64,000 bases of DNA, from contig CM035358.1 in the NCBI GenBank assembly GCA_020137815.1, positions 620,001-684,000 of the forward strand, in the 5' to 3' direction. The notes under the pieces are model-generated. The model made no database searches, was not told the DNA's origin, and saw only the letters and a program-made list of their open reading frames with translations. The stretch comes from Hormiphora californensis. Taxonomy: Eukaryota; Animalia; Ctenophora. How positions within the stretch are numbered: position 1 is the stretch's first letter; every line of letters begins with the position of its first letter. Of this stretch, positions 26,906 through 40,080 are shown piece by piece. A program made the translations under genes and the position numbers.

Positions 26906-29900
26906 ATGAACTTGGACTCAACTCTCATCGATATATCTGCCATAAACCGAGTAAGTAACATGTTGTGCTGACAATTGTCGTAATAAGTTGCCTCATCGTA
27001 ATAACTTGCCTCATGTCGTGCAGTCTTGAAACTGCATGTTGGACAGAAGGGAGGAACATGCTACATAATGATAGTGACGTCTATAAACAACTGTAGAATA
27101 GCTAGTATTTAGAGATTTGTAGGAGATGTAACGATAGGCAGGTCATTACTCGTTTGTCTGTTACGTATTTGTTTGTCCGTGTTTACTCTTGCTTTTAGCG
27201 TTTCATTTGATTTCTTTATGCTAATTTTTAAACCATTCCTTGATAGTTTTTCGGTAGAACATTCTCTCTGAACAACTGTTTCTTTCCCTCACGTTCTGTC
27301 TCTCTCGATCTGTTTCTCTCTCACTCTCTCTTTCTCTTTCTCTCACTCTCTCTTTCTCTTTCTCTCACTCTTTTTCTCTCCTTGAATGAAACTGATCTGG
27401 TAAAGTGTTAAACGTGAAACATGAATTGAGAACTGTATACACTGATACAATTCATCTTTCTACTTTCCACTCAGTTTTTATCGAGCACTGTCTCGCCTGA
27501 CACTGTGTCTCCCCCACTGTGTCCGTGCTGCTCCACTTCGTAAATCAGTTTCTTCTCAAACAGCCATAGTGGGCTTAGTGGCGGTACCCTATAATAGTCC
27601 CATCTCACCCTGTGTTTGCCCAAACCAACCCATTCTCCCCACCATTGTAGTGTCTACAGTCGGTTGGCATGGAGACGGTTACTAGGGAGTGCGAGTTGGA
27701 AGACCGACTGAATGGCATGTCCCACCTTCATCTTAACTGGATCCGGGAACGGGAAACCATTGAGGAAAGGTAAGGAGAGATGTGTGAGAGAGAGCAGTAG
27801 TGATGGAAAGTTAGTTGTGACAACTGACAGTGTCTGTGTGACTTGGTGACACACGTGTGTGTGTGTGTATGTGTGCAAAGACAGTTCCCCTCACTCTCAT
27901 TCGACAAAGAGTGTGTGGTAAAGCTGTACACCATTGAATGCTGAATGAATGAGAGAGAACATGCATTATGTGGAGCGGGGGACAGAATAAATAAAGTTAT
28001 TGAATCTGGCCCCCTCATGTTGTACAATGTAAACCTCCAATCCAAGGTGTGAATAGTGTAAAAGGTTAAAAACCTCACACAGTGCTGCGTAATGAATTAC
28101 TGCACTCGCTGGGGGTCCTTCCCGGCTGATATATATGTGTTGCTGTGTGCTAAAAGAGACTCTGGCTGTGTGCTAAAAGAGACTCTGGGTGTGTGCTAAA
28201 AGAGACTCTGGGTGTGTGCTAAAAGAGACTCTGGGTGTGTGCTAAAAGAGACTCTGGGTGTGTGCTAAAAGAGACTCTGGCCGTGTGTGCTAAAAGAGAC
28301 TCTGGGTGTGTGCTAAAAGAGACTCTGGCTGTGTGCTAAAAGAGACTCTGGCTGTGTGCTAAAAGAGACTCTGGCTGTGTGCTAAAAGAGACTCTCGGTG
28401 TGTGCTAAAAGAGACTCTGGGTGTGTGCTAAAGGAGACTCTGGCTGTGTGCTAAAAGAGACTCTGGCTGTGTGCTAAAAGAGACTCTGGCTGTGTGCTAA
28501 AAGAGACTCTGGGTGTGTGCTAAAAGAGACTCTGGGTGTGTGCTAAAAGAGACTCTTGGTGTGTGCTAAAAGAGACTCTGGCTGTGTGCTAAAAGAGACT
28601 CTGGCTGTGTGCTAAAAGAGACTCTGGGTGTGTGCTAAAAGAGACTCTGGCTGTGTGCTAAAAGAGACTCTGGGTGTGTGCTAAAAGAGACTCTGGCTGT
28701 GTGCTAAAAGAGACTCTGGGTGTGTGCTAAAAGAGACTCTGGGTGTGTGCTAAAAGAGACTCTGGGTGTGTGCTAAAAGAGACTCTGGGTGTGTGCTAAA
28801 AGAGACTCTGGGTGTGTGCTAAAAGAGACTCTGGCTGTGTGCTAAAAGAGACTCTGGCTGTGTGCTAAAAGAGACTCTGGGTGTGTGCTAAAAGAGACTC
28901 TGGGTGTGTGCTAAAAGAGACTCTGGGTGTGTGCTAAAAGAGACTCTGGCTGTGTGCTAAAAGAGACTCTGGGTGTGTGCTAAAAGAGACTCTGGCTGTG
29001 TGCTAAAAGAGACTCTGGGTGTGTGCTAAAAGAGACTCTGGGTGTGTGCTAAAAGAGACTCTGGGTGTGTGCTAAAAGAGACTCTGGGTGTGTGCTAAAA
29101 GAGACTCTGGGTGTGTGCTAAAAGAGACTCTGGGTGTGTGCTAAAGGAGACTCTGGGTGTGTGCTAAAAGAGACTCTGGGTGTGTGCTAAAAGAGACTCT
29201 GGCTGTGTGCTAAAAGAGACTCTGGGTGTGTGCTAAAAGAGACTCTGGCTGTGTGCTAAAAGAGACTCTGGGTGTGTGCTAAAAGAGACTCTGGGTGTGT
29301 GCTAAAGGAGACTCTGGGTGTGTGCTAAAAGAGACTCTGGGTGTGTGCTAAAAGAGACTCTGGGTGTGTGCTAAAAGAGACTCTGGGTGTGTGCTAAAAG
29401 AGACTCTGGGTGTGTGCTAAAAGAGACTCTGGGTGTGTGCTAAAAGAGACTCTGGCTGTGTGCTAAAAGAGACTCTGGGTGTGTGCTAAAAGAGACTCTG
29501 GGTGTGTGCTAAAAGAGACTCTGGGTGTGTGCTAAAAGAGACTCTGGCTGTGTGCTAAAAGAGACTCTGGGTGTGTGCTAAAAGAGACTCTGGCTGTGTG
29601 CTAAAAGAGACTGAGAGTATGGGAAGTAGTTTCCAGTGCGTCTGTTGTTGCGAAACAGAGTCTAGCTAGGCAAGTCTGTTGCAAAGTAGCTACTCTTCAA
29701 ACCTCCAAGGTGTTTAAATGTTCCATGTTGCATATTCAAACACGGGGAATAAAGTATGCTTGAAAGAAAGGTTAAAAATGGCCCCTTCATTCCCCAGAGG
29801 ACTGCTTCCTCGATTACTGAAAATTATCAGAGAATTTAATTTATGTTATTAATTAACTTTCTCATCAGGTGTTCCAAGGTACAGGCTGACTGCAACAACT

Positions 29901-32900
29901 ACCTTAACACTATTGACCGTCTGCAGGTGAGATCAGTTAGCCCCTCAGCCCCGATCAGTTAGGGCCAGGTGTGGGTTTCAACTTTATTTGTAATATAATC
30001 AAGTGTAAGAGTTCGGAGGAATATATGTTCACAATAATTCAGCATATATTATGTAACTGTATAAAGGCCCATTCGCACATAATATTCACTAGTTCATGGG
30101 GTGTTCACATGTCTATATTCCAATATAAATAGTTCTATACAACTACACTATAAACAATTACACTATGTACAATTACACTGTGTGATAATCATGTGTTTTG
30201 AGTGTTTCCGTGCTTGGCAAATCTTATACCTTTCTTTTTTCTCTATCCCTTCCTATCTCTCTCCTTCTCTCACCCTTGCCTTATTTCATTCCCTCACTCC
30301 TAGTTCCCAGCTTTCAACAACTTTGTAATTCACTGATCTCTTCACACAAGAAACACATCTTCCCAGTACCTAGAATTCACCCAATTTCACCCCAGCTTTT
30401 TTAGCTAATTTTAGGCCACACACGCACACAAATTACTGTTTCCGGGCGGGGTCTGCAAAACATGCACGCGTAGAGCACAAACACATACACAGACACATTA
30501 CAAGTTACAAGATATGTTGCGTGTATGGCCAATACGTTTCAGAAACCCCACAGATGGTCATGTTGTACCCCTATTTGTTACTTCCCCATCGATGGGGAAG
30601 TAACATAAAGGGAACAACTCCCACAATGTGTTACATTGTATTGTAGAAGTTCAATAAACACATTGTTTCAGGGAGATCTAGAGGGCATGAGAAGGGAGGT
30701 GACTACTGCATGTGAAAAAGAGCGACAGACTCGTGTCAAGAACAAGACACTTGCATCAAAGCTAAAAACTGAGGAAGATGAGGTAAGAAGCTGGGGGAGA
30801 GAGGTAAGAAGCTGGGAGAGGGACATGGAAAGAACGAGGGGGAGACGGACAAGTAGAAAACAAGGGGGGACTGGGGAGATATAAACTGTCCACTACTTAC
30901 AAACTGACAAACAAACTGTAAGGCCGTATAATAACTGCTGTCTTCCTTTGTCATGATTGATCGATTCATGGATCCGACTAAACAACTAAACTTTAGGATC
31001 AAGACTCAAGTAACGTTTTCCCTCATTACTAGCCTGAGGCCAGTGGCCTCTCCTGCTACCCCATCCCCATTCAATTTTGTTGGACAACACGAGATTACAA
31101 ATTGATTTTAACTTTTCAAATAACGCATTAGGAAATGGTCAACGTTCAAATATTTCAAACGTTTCAAACTTCAAAGTATCAACACGTCTTCAATGTTCAA
31201 CAACGCGTCTTCTATCGTTCCAACGCGTTTTCCAAAGTGGTTTGATCGCGTATTCCATATCTCTCTTCAAAGGTAGTTCCACTTCTAGAAGTTCCTCTGT
31301 GTAGATCGGCGGGGTGGTTTCACAGGAGTGTGTTCAGGGTTCCGGGGGGACATGGGGTCACTTCCAACACTTGTCCTGCTGGTATAATTCTGGGAGAGGT
31401 TGGAAGATTCCTGGGACAATGTCCTTTTAATAGTTCGGCGAGGTGGTTTAGGAGGCGCTTTAGAGGGATGAGCAGATGTATCAACAAGTCCAACCATTCC
31501 ATCAAAATCAATGGTAACATAGTCCTTCTTTTGTTCAGGAATTCCAAGCTCAGGATCACCTTGTTCCTCTAGTAGACGCAATGCATCAGTCTCCCGATTA
31601 CTGGCCTCAGATTTACGTAACGCATCCATCGTTCGGACCCACCTGAGAAAGGAATGAGATGTTAATAACAATCAATCACGTATGGACGTGGGTTGTTCAA
31701 TTTTGTTTATGAAGGAGCACTATTTTCCTACACTTACTGTATGGTGGTATAGATCATGAAGGTGAGAGCAAGGAATAGTGCAACCCCTCCCACAATCAGT
31801 ATCACTTGTCCATCATCTTTATTGCCATCTCCAGTAGTGTTATCAGAGTGCTGGATTCCACGAGAAGGGGCTGGTTTGGATGAGCCAGGTTTCTGTTTGA
31901 CAGAGGAAGTTTTACCACTTCGGGAAGATGGGGCACCATTGATAGCAGGTAGCTGGTGGTGGTTGTGACTAGGTTCAATCACTTTCTTGGGAGCTGACTT
32001 CTTAGGGGCTGGTTTCTTGGGAGCTAACTTCTTGGGAGCTGACTTCTTGGGAGCTGACTTCTTGGGAGCTGGATTCCTGGGGGCTGGGTAATAGGGAGCT
32101 AGATACTTCAGAGCTTCCTCATCGATTTGTTTCTCAGCAGCGACAGGGGCCACAACAGGGGCTTCTTTAAGATTTGGGTTGGTAGCAGTCCAGGCATTGT
32201 TATCATGAGAGTAATCTAAACTCCATTCATCCTGTCCATTCTCACTAACCCAGTCAGCATCTCTAGTTTCCCTTTTCTTAGTCTGCTCCTTGTGGTTCTC
32301 GTGCATGAACAACTTGAGGGCAATCATTTTCTTCGTCAGTTCCTCCTTTCTCTTGTGATCAGCTTTGGTAGCAGTAGATTGCCGGTTAGTGTTCATCTGC
32401 ATTCCCAGGTCAGTGATAATTTTGCTGTGGATGGTAGAGGCTATTTTCCCAATTCTCTGGAGCTCAGTCTTAGGAACTTCACTAAGGTCATGAGTGCTTG
32501 AAACTGTGTTTAGCAGTTGTCATGGTAACACAGCCTGAATTGAAATGTGATTTAGAGAGGGTTCAACAAATTTAGGATCAAGATTGGGACGATCAAACAC
32601 AAAACAACTGAAAATGTCCAATTCAAACTTACCGATCATCAGAAGGAGAATGACTCCAATTGGAAATGTTAACTTGGTCATGATTCACTGGAATTTAGTG
32701 AAATCAAGAGGTTGAAGTGTGCGTTTAAGCTTGTAAAAGGGTAAACGATAAGCGTCACAGAGCAAACGTAAGTGTGAGATAGGTAACGAAAGTGATCAAC
32801 ACGTGCAGGTCTAGCAGACAAATTGAAACATCGACTCCTTCATAAAACCATTTGTTCAGGGCCATATTGTACTTTGGAATCAATTGGCATTGAATTTTCT

Positions 32901-35900
32901 GAGTAAACACACAGTGCTCCTACCCCCTCTACAAATTGAATTTTCTCCCCCTCGGGTTTTACCTTGTATTCCCGATCCCTCACAGAGACACGTTTACCGT
33001 GACATGTAATTTTCCCTTGTCTCAACTATGTAACAACTGCTGTACTTATAGGTAAGAGTCTTTGCCATGATAGAAGACAACGACAGGCGGTTCTCTGTCT
33101 GTGTGTATAACATGTCTCCCTGTATCTGCAATGTCCCCTGTCCCCCTGATACACACACACAAGATGGTATAGACGGAGGGCGCGGGATGGTGACAGAGGG
33201 GTCGGGGAGTCGTTGCCGCGTCGCGCAACCCGCGCGCACAACATTCAAACATCTGAACCAGACCGTGTGACTATGACCATGACTGCGATGAAGGGGTAAC
33301 GGGTTAACAAGGGTAATTGACTGATGACCATAATTATAAGCCATAAAACCAACAGTCCCTCCATTTATCTTCCTCATTTCAGCTGCTCCTGTAAATCCCG
33401 ACCACTTCTAACCCTCTCTCCCCCAGGGTAAGAAGACCACTTCTAACTCTCTCTCCATCCCCCAGGGTAAGAAGTTGCTGGTGATGATGGAGCACAAGCA
33501 GGACCACTTTAACCACGAGATAAGGAAGAAGGAGAGGGAGACAATGCAGTTAAAGGAAAGGTTGTCTAAGAAGATCATGGATAAAGCTAATGTGAAGGGA
33601 GGGGTAAAGGCTCTCAATACCATACCACGCTCTGCAGGTAGGTAGTCTGACCCAACTACTTGTTTAATGTTGTCTTCTATCTAGAGATGCCTGATGCGTT
33701 CTGGACGATTTAGATGCATTCATTTGAAGATAGTATGGGTATAATTTCTATTTCCCCTTCCCACTTTAACACCCAATTTCCAGGTGGACGGAGGGCAGTG
33801 TGGGGAGACGAGCCTAGGGAAGAGTTATACAAGGAGGTTATTGAGGAACAGAGTAAGAGAAACAAGGAGCTGGCAGAGGAAAACGAAAACCTTAGAAAAT
33901 GGTGAGATATTTAGAGAGGGTTGTTTTTGGTTTGATAAATCTTTCTTTCGGGGCTGAATAGAATTCCCCTGGTTTCATAGTTCCCAGGTGATCGAACCCT
34001 TTTTAATGTGACACCACTCTCCCCTCTGTAGTCTAGCCACGTTGGAAGGAGAGATGATAGCACTATTATCCTCTGGTGACGACAGTTTCTTAGAAGAGGC
34101 CGATCCTTGATCCTAAGATTGAGTGCAGTATTAACCTTCCCTACTCATGTTATTGAGGACACAGTGAAATCAACCTTTGACGACAAACTTGGTAGGTTGT
34201 GAAATGCTTTCAAAAGATGCCATATTTATCGATGTTTTTACTCTGTAATAACCCGACATCCCAACACATCTAGAGTTGATGAAGGAGAAGTATAGGAGGA
34301 CTGGATGGTAACAGGGGTGTATCAGAGGAGTTAGATTCTCTAAGGAAGATGGTGGAGAGTCAGCAGTTAACAATCACTGAACAGTTGGTTACACTAGAGG
34401 ATTGTACATGTAGAGATAACAAACAAAACTACTCTGATTTACATGTTAGTGGAGGATGGGGTTGTATCAAAGTGGGTTACACACCATGATAATCACCATT
34501 GATGATATCAAAATGAGGTTTTAACCCCGCTCTATCTCGTTCAGGACGCAGAACTGGAGTCACGTTTCCAGGAGTTATTGGAAGAGAAGAATAAAATTGA
34601 GATTGAGAGAGAAGTGATGAGGACCGAGAAAGAGGAATTGAAAAAACTTGAGGGCAAAATCATGGAAGATGTGAGTACTAGAACAATATCTATAATGGAA
34701 AGCTTTATTCTTCTTTTTTTACCCCAGTATTTGTGTGACTCGATGTAAATGACTAAGAATGCCCCCCGTTTCAGCATAAACGATTTAGAGAGGAGAGGAC
34801 CCAACTATTCGAGAGTAATATGCTCGCTACACCCAGTATTAATGCTATCAAACGAGAGAACACCCAGCGAACAGAGTTTTCAACACCTGCATCAGCCGTC
34901 CGTGAGTTTGAGATGCCCTGGGGATTTAAATTAAAAGGGTTTACCCGGTATATCTAGGTCAAATACCGTTAATTTCACATATCGGGGAAGATTATCCTCC
35001 CAGTAAATCAGGGTTCCACGTCCGGTAAATCGGGTCCGTCTGTAAATGAAACTACTCCTTCATAAACACAACCAATGTGCCAGATGCACACATTTCCAGT
35101 ATGGACGGGCTAGTTGCGGGGGCCGTGTCAATTGATGAGGTAATAAATCACCTGGATACCATACAGAGTCTGCTAAATGTGGAGGGGTCACCTCCACCAG
35201 GCGGTATAATACCTCCCAGTAGTACTTTGGGGAGCAGTAGAGCCTGGCATATATTTCAAATTGCACCAAAATAACATATTTTGGCTAAACACCACCAAAG
35301 AGCCCACTTTTTCAACTCACCCATCTTTCCATGTCCGGCAGTTTCCCACGAATACAATAACCTCTATCTCTCACTAACTCCTTCCTTCTCCCCTCCCCAG
35401 AGAGATCCCAGCCACAATACGGACACCTGGTATTCTCTCCTGAGGTAGAGGATGACAATGTCCATGATGTAGCCACCCCAGAACCAACACGAAATGAGCG
35501 GGTTGCCACCACAGACTGAGTTCCATAGAGAACTGAGTAGGCTGGACCTGAGCAATATCCACGGGAAAATACTGAATGAGTAAGTTAATTATAGTTTAAT
35601 TGACACCCATAATGAGGTAAAACAATACATCACACTCACATTACTAGGGTTAGTCGGTACTTGGATGGTATTCGTTCCTTCTTCAATGCTCCTCCTCCAC
35701 CCCAACCCGCTCTCCCCTCATCTGACATCATCCCACATCACCGCTCTGTGGAACACTTGTCACGTGACCGATCTGCTTCTATGACGTCACGGGACCACAT
35801 AGTGACGTCATCACGTGAATTGTCACGTCACCAGGAGATATGGAGAGCCCGGTCCCTGTCATACCTGGGCTCCATGGCGGATATGGGAACCCCTCTGAGG

Positions 35901-36667
35901 TCTGGGAGTCTGGTGAGGTTTACTGCCTCTACAGAGAGTCTCAGTGTTATGGAGGTGGAGGGTGACGAGAGGGAGAGAATGGAGAGAATGGAGATGGAGG
36001 ATGGGGGTTGTAGAGACATGGGCGGAGAGGGTGGTGACACTAGGAGTAGGAACAGCTCAGGAATCTGTCCACTTCGTGAAGAGGAACCAATCTAATTTCC
36101 TAGTTGGAAAAAGCAAAATAACAGGTCCTTGGCAACAACACGAGTTTGCATCCGAGCCTGAGTTAGCTTGGTGTTATTAGTGGATTTAGCATGTTTTTAT
36201 CACCACCACGACTACCAAATTGAGTCTCCCAATTAAAGTGGAATTGGTGAGGTGGTTTAGTGATAACGTGTGCATGTTGTTTTAAAACTTTATTACTACC
36301 TAGTCTTATACAATCATTGCTGTGAACCAATCACAGTCAGGTCTTCATTTAATGTACCCCAGGAAGCTAGCAAGAAGTGAACACGGAAACCGTTCTATAG
36401 TAGGTTCGAGCTACCTGCTTCTTCAGCTGCATTCTTCACTTGGATTTCTATCAAAACTTTTTAGATCAAATCGCTATGTTCTATTGCTAAAAAGCTAAAT
36501 TGTTCGCTGCTACCTATTGCTTCAGGGTTAATAAATTACTATTAGCTAACCCACCTCGTTTCAGGAATTTGAATTCGCCGGGAGGGAAGAGCGATTGTAG
36601 CAGCGAGAAAGATCTTTTTAACGTCAAACAAAGCCTACTAAACCACTACATGAACACGCCAGTTTGA
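26906..36667 (+). CDS. SSX2IP: SSX2IP/ADIP (Msd1)-like centrosomal coiled-coil protein, multi-exon; 3' exon structure uncertain
   Basis: Exons ~26906-26950, ~27651-27769, ~29869-29926, 30672-30782, 33467-33637, 33784-33901 give LKTEEDE-GKKL...FNHEIRKKERETMQLKERL...LNTIPRSAGGRRAVW...EELYKEVIEEQ...ENENLRK, which resembles the ADIP domain as I recall it. Later exons near 34032-34387 need +1 corrections. Confidence 0.72.
28142..29612. repeat. 23-bp minisatellite, about 64 head-to-tail copies (TGTGTGCTAAAAGAGACTCTGG[C/G])
   Basis: Directly visible; no spacers; lies in an SSX2IP-like intron. Confidence 0.98.
31285..32681 (-). CDS. Uncharacterised type-I membrane protein nested antisense in an SSX2IP-like intron, 3 exons; apparent +1 break near 32490-32520
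   Basis: Signal-like exon 1 MTKLTFPIGVILLLMIG, (APKKx)n repeats, TM segment VILIVGGVALFLALTFMIY, cytoplasmic tail with DYVTIDF and PPKPPRR/PVKPPRR. Confidence 0.7.
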
Positions 36668-37106
36668 GTTAGCTAACGCGTGATAGCTAACGCGTGAGAG
36701 CTAACGCGTGATATTCTATTATTGAAAAGACAGTTCATGTGAATGACATGATAAACTTTGCATTTTCAATATTCAAGGTGATATTGAAATGATGAATGTG
36801 AGTCTTCTTACAGTAGCGGGCTTGATATTGAGATCAGTAACAATAAAATATTTGACGAGCAAGTAAGCAACGTGCGAGTGATGTTTTGGGGGACTGAAAA
36901 GTGTGTCGAATGTTTTTGTATCATATTTTGCATTCAATTATTTGAGTAAACTCGGTTTATAATTTTGCAGCAACTTGGATGGATTTTGTCACGATGAGGT
37001 GTAGCGATCTTTCTGTTGGTTATTTCTTGGTTAAGGAATTGGGACATGATATGTTCCAAATTTCACCTCATTCACACCTCCAAATGGCCTCCAAAATACC
37101 TGATTC

Positions 37107-37613
37107 TTACCTAGAACCCCGACCACACTCACCTGTCTCACTGCTGCCCCATATGTACAAGTAGACCTCTGCTATCTCATGCTGGTCCCCCGGTGCTGTA
37201 TCTGTGTCATTGATAGCCACATAATCGACAGTGATCTGGGTGTCACATGACACCCTGTATGACGTCATCGTGACGTCACTGCTGAGATCTGAGCTGGTTA
37301 TAACACCACACACCTCCCCCTCCTCCCTTCCATCCATACCCACAACCACCACTGTGTTGACGATACTGACTGGGTCAGCCGTCCAGATCTCCACCATTGC
37401 AATGGCTCCCTCCTGGTAATCAGGGTAAAGAAGAAGCATGTTGGTGGTGGTGCCTGGCTTGTAGTACGTGACATCGTTCCTGTCCGTGGAGTAGGAAGGT
37501 GGGTGGTCAACATTTATCCCATAGGCGTAAACCACTTTTATAGGGACAGAGATGAGAGAGGTGGGTCCGGGCTGGATCAGAGTGGCCAAAATGGTTGCAA
37601 AGAGAAGGAACAT
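37107..37613 (-). CDS. Small intronless predicted secreted protein, family not recognised
   Basis: 168-aa ATG-initiated ORF, hydrophobic N-terminus, beta-rich body with VCG...VSC and IAEVYLY (jelly-roll-like, tentative). Confidence 0.6.
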   Translation of the reverse strand: MFLLFATILATLIQPGPTSLISVPIKVVYAYGINVDHPPSYSTDRNDVTYYKPGTTTNMLLLYPDYQEGAIAMVEIWTADPVSIVNTVVVVGMDGREEGEVCGVITSSDLSSDVTMTSYRVSCDTQITVDYVAINDTDTAPGDQHEIAEVYLYIWGSSETGECGRGSR

Positions 37614-38029
37614 AGTGCAAATTAGTCGAGAAATGAAAGGACCCTTCCTTTTATTTTAATTATTCGGTCCAACTAACGACTAGATGATGGATAATTAATT
37701 TCTTCTACCTCTCCCTTGCAGAAGAGGTGGCAAAGATTATAATTACCCCTCCTCATTCTGCTCTTGAGTCTTGACCTTCTATGCTCATTAATGCTCATTA
37801 ATATAATATAATGCATGCAGCTGTGTTTTAATTACTGGTCGCCCAGCAAGTTGGCTCACATGAGACTATAGAGACTCTCTAGCATAGATCGGGAGTCATA
37901 ATTTGTTGAGTAACCCCTTACAAGCCATAACTCATAGCGTGATAATGATTCATTTATTAAGGGTAGACGAAGGAAGAGTAATATTCAGTTCTCAAGCTAA
38001 AATTATATGGGTCAAGTCTTCCTCCCGTC

Positions 38030-38231
38030 TTACTGGGGTCGCTGGACGTTCTCCCTGTATCGTCCCCTATAGTTTCCAGGTGGAGAGTAGTTACAACACA
38101 CATAGGTGCTTCGTCCCTTGGTCGCCTCCGCACATCCCAACCCGGTACTGGACTTCCACACCATTTGGGTGAAATGACCAGTTCCTGATGGGAGAGAGAT
38201 GGGTTGTGATGAGGCCGAGGGGTAAGTCTAG

Positions 38232-38295
<64 letters not shown>

Positions 38296-38330
38296 GGCTG
38301 GCTGTCTGTCTGTCTGCCTGCCTGTCTATA

Positions 38331-38405
<75 letters not shown>

Positions 38406-38406
38406 A

Positions 38407-38453
<47 letters not shown>

Positions 38454-38454
38454 A

Positions 38455-38523
<69 letters not shown>

Positions 38524-39306
38524 TACTCATTGAGAAGCCACCACTGTTGTAGTTGTAGTATCTCTCCTCCTTGTACCAGCTGTCAGCTGCCCGCTCAGAG
38601 GCTGACTGAGTTCCCCAGTTTCCACCCTGCATGTACAGGTTCTCTCCTGGTGAGGGGAATAGGAGGCCAGATTCAGATTAGGAGTTTTTGATTCAATGGG
38701 TATCAGAGACTATAACCCCCGCTTGACAGCACTAACTTGTTGAGTAACAAGCACTAACCGTATCCAGATCCACTGCTGTGTTTCAGCTGTCCAATTCGGG
38801 CAAGATAGCTGCACCATTTCTGGGCATGGGCTGCAGCACCTGAGTCCCATCTCATGGCAGGGGCACCGTGACGCCGCCTGGTGAGAGAGAGAGAGAGGGG
38901 GAGGCAGAGAGAGAGAGAGAGAGAGAGAGAGCAATTGGAGTTGGACTTGGAGAACTTGTGTTGAGAGAGTTCAATCACAATCTACATTTCCCTATCTACC
39001 AAATAGACTAAATCTTTTATTTATATAATTTATTGACCCCGTTTGTTTAATTTATTATTGACATTGTAAGTGTGTGTACCACTATTTATATTCAAGGCCA
39101 ATATCGGCCGACCCCCCCCTTTAAAAAAAAATCTGGCGGCGCCGACCAGATCTGAGCGCACTGTAGCTGTCAAACTGTCCAAATGGGGTCGGCGCCGCCA
39201 GACAGCTACTTCCTAACCTGTAGGCATTGTGTTTCTCCAGGGAAACACTCCTAACATCAGCCTGGGATAGGGCAAGTACCACTGAGATAACCAGAAGAGA
39301 AATCAT
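38030..39306 (-). CDS. Secreted CAP/SCP-domain protein (GLIPR2/GAPR-1-like), 4 exons
   Basis: Signal peptide, LEKHNAYRRRHGAPAMRWD, GYGENLY, DSWYKE, TGHFTQMVWKSS, CNYSPPGN; exons join in frame. Confidence 0.93.
38233..38522. repeat. (TCTG)n microsatellite in CAP-gene intron
   Basis: Directly visible. Confidence 0.98.
39132..39202. repeat. Short GC-rich inverted repeat (16-bp arms), possible tiny MITE
   Basis: tctggcggcgccgacc ... ggtcggcgccgccaga; a related half-site occurs near 39621. Confidence 0.7.
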
Positions 39307-39820
39307 CTTTAGAGAATTAATACCCCTTTAGTCCTTGTCATCCTTTTGTAGCCTCCCTTTTTCACACGTCACCAGATGTGGAGAGGGTCAGGGGGGGTCT
39401 AGTTAGCACGTTCTGGAGTTGAGAAAAGCAGCGGCACCGTGGCAAAAAACAGCAGCCAATCGAATGAAGCTGATGGTGCTGGCTTATTGAATTCGAACAA
39501 TTGTTTCAAATCCGTCTGGTGCAATTCGATTTTAAGCTCTTGAAGACAGGGTTCAACTTTCAAGTCAATATCAATGAAATATATCAATGAAATATCAATG
39601 AAAGCACGTTCAGATAGTAGGGTCGGCGGCGCCAGGTAGAAATTCTATTAGAATGAAGCCAACTGAATAGAATGAATGAAGATGAGTAAACTGTTGATTT
39701 ATTTGGCCCAAATCCTACTCACACCCCACAACTGGTGCGTTTGAAAACACCAATTTGATTATTAGAATATCGAAGACTTTTGAATTCTATTTTTCAAATG
39801 CAATGAAGTGAAAAACTCCT

Positions 39821-40080
39821 GCTTTTGAATTTAACTTCATTTCATTGAAATGAAGTTAAATTCAAAAGCTGAACACAGCTGGTGGTTCCTTTTGAAATTT
39901 TCAAAAGGAACCGCCAGCTGTGTTCTTCTCTCAGACATCTCAGAGAGCGGGACAGTATAGCACAGTTCCTTTCCTTACAAAACTGTGTAAACAAATACAA
40001 GTCAAAGCAAGGACCGTCCTTGCTTTGACTTGTATTTGTTTACACAGTTTTGTAAGGAAAGGAACTGTGCTATACTGTCC
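39821..40080. repeat. Three consecutive palindromes (arms 24, 27 and 65 bp), each with a 1-nt spacer
   Basis: 39821-39869 perfect, 39871-39925 one mismatch, 39950-40080 perfect. Confidence 0.95.

Noticed and set aside
28142-29612. CRISPR array
   Set aside because: Repeats are contiguous with no unique spacers, there are no cas genes, and the context is a eukaryotic intron.
38085-38110. Possible frameshift in the last CAP exon
   Set aside because: Re-reading gives TYVCCNYSPPGN in frame.
38188-38691. ORFs with (SVCL)n, and (ER)n/(SL)n ORFs near 44377-44624 and 47918-48248
   Set aside because: They are translations of microsatellites.
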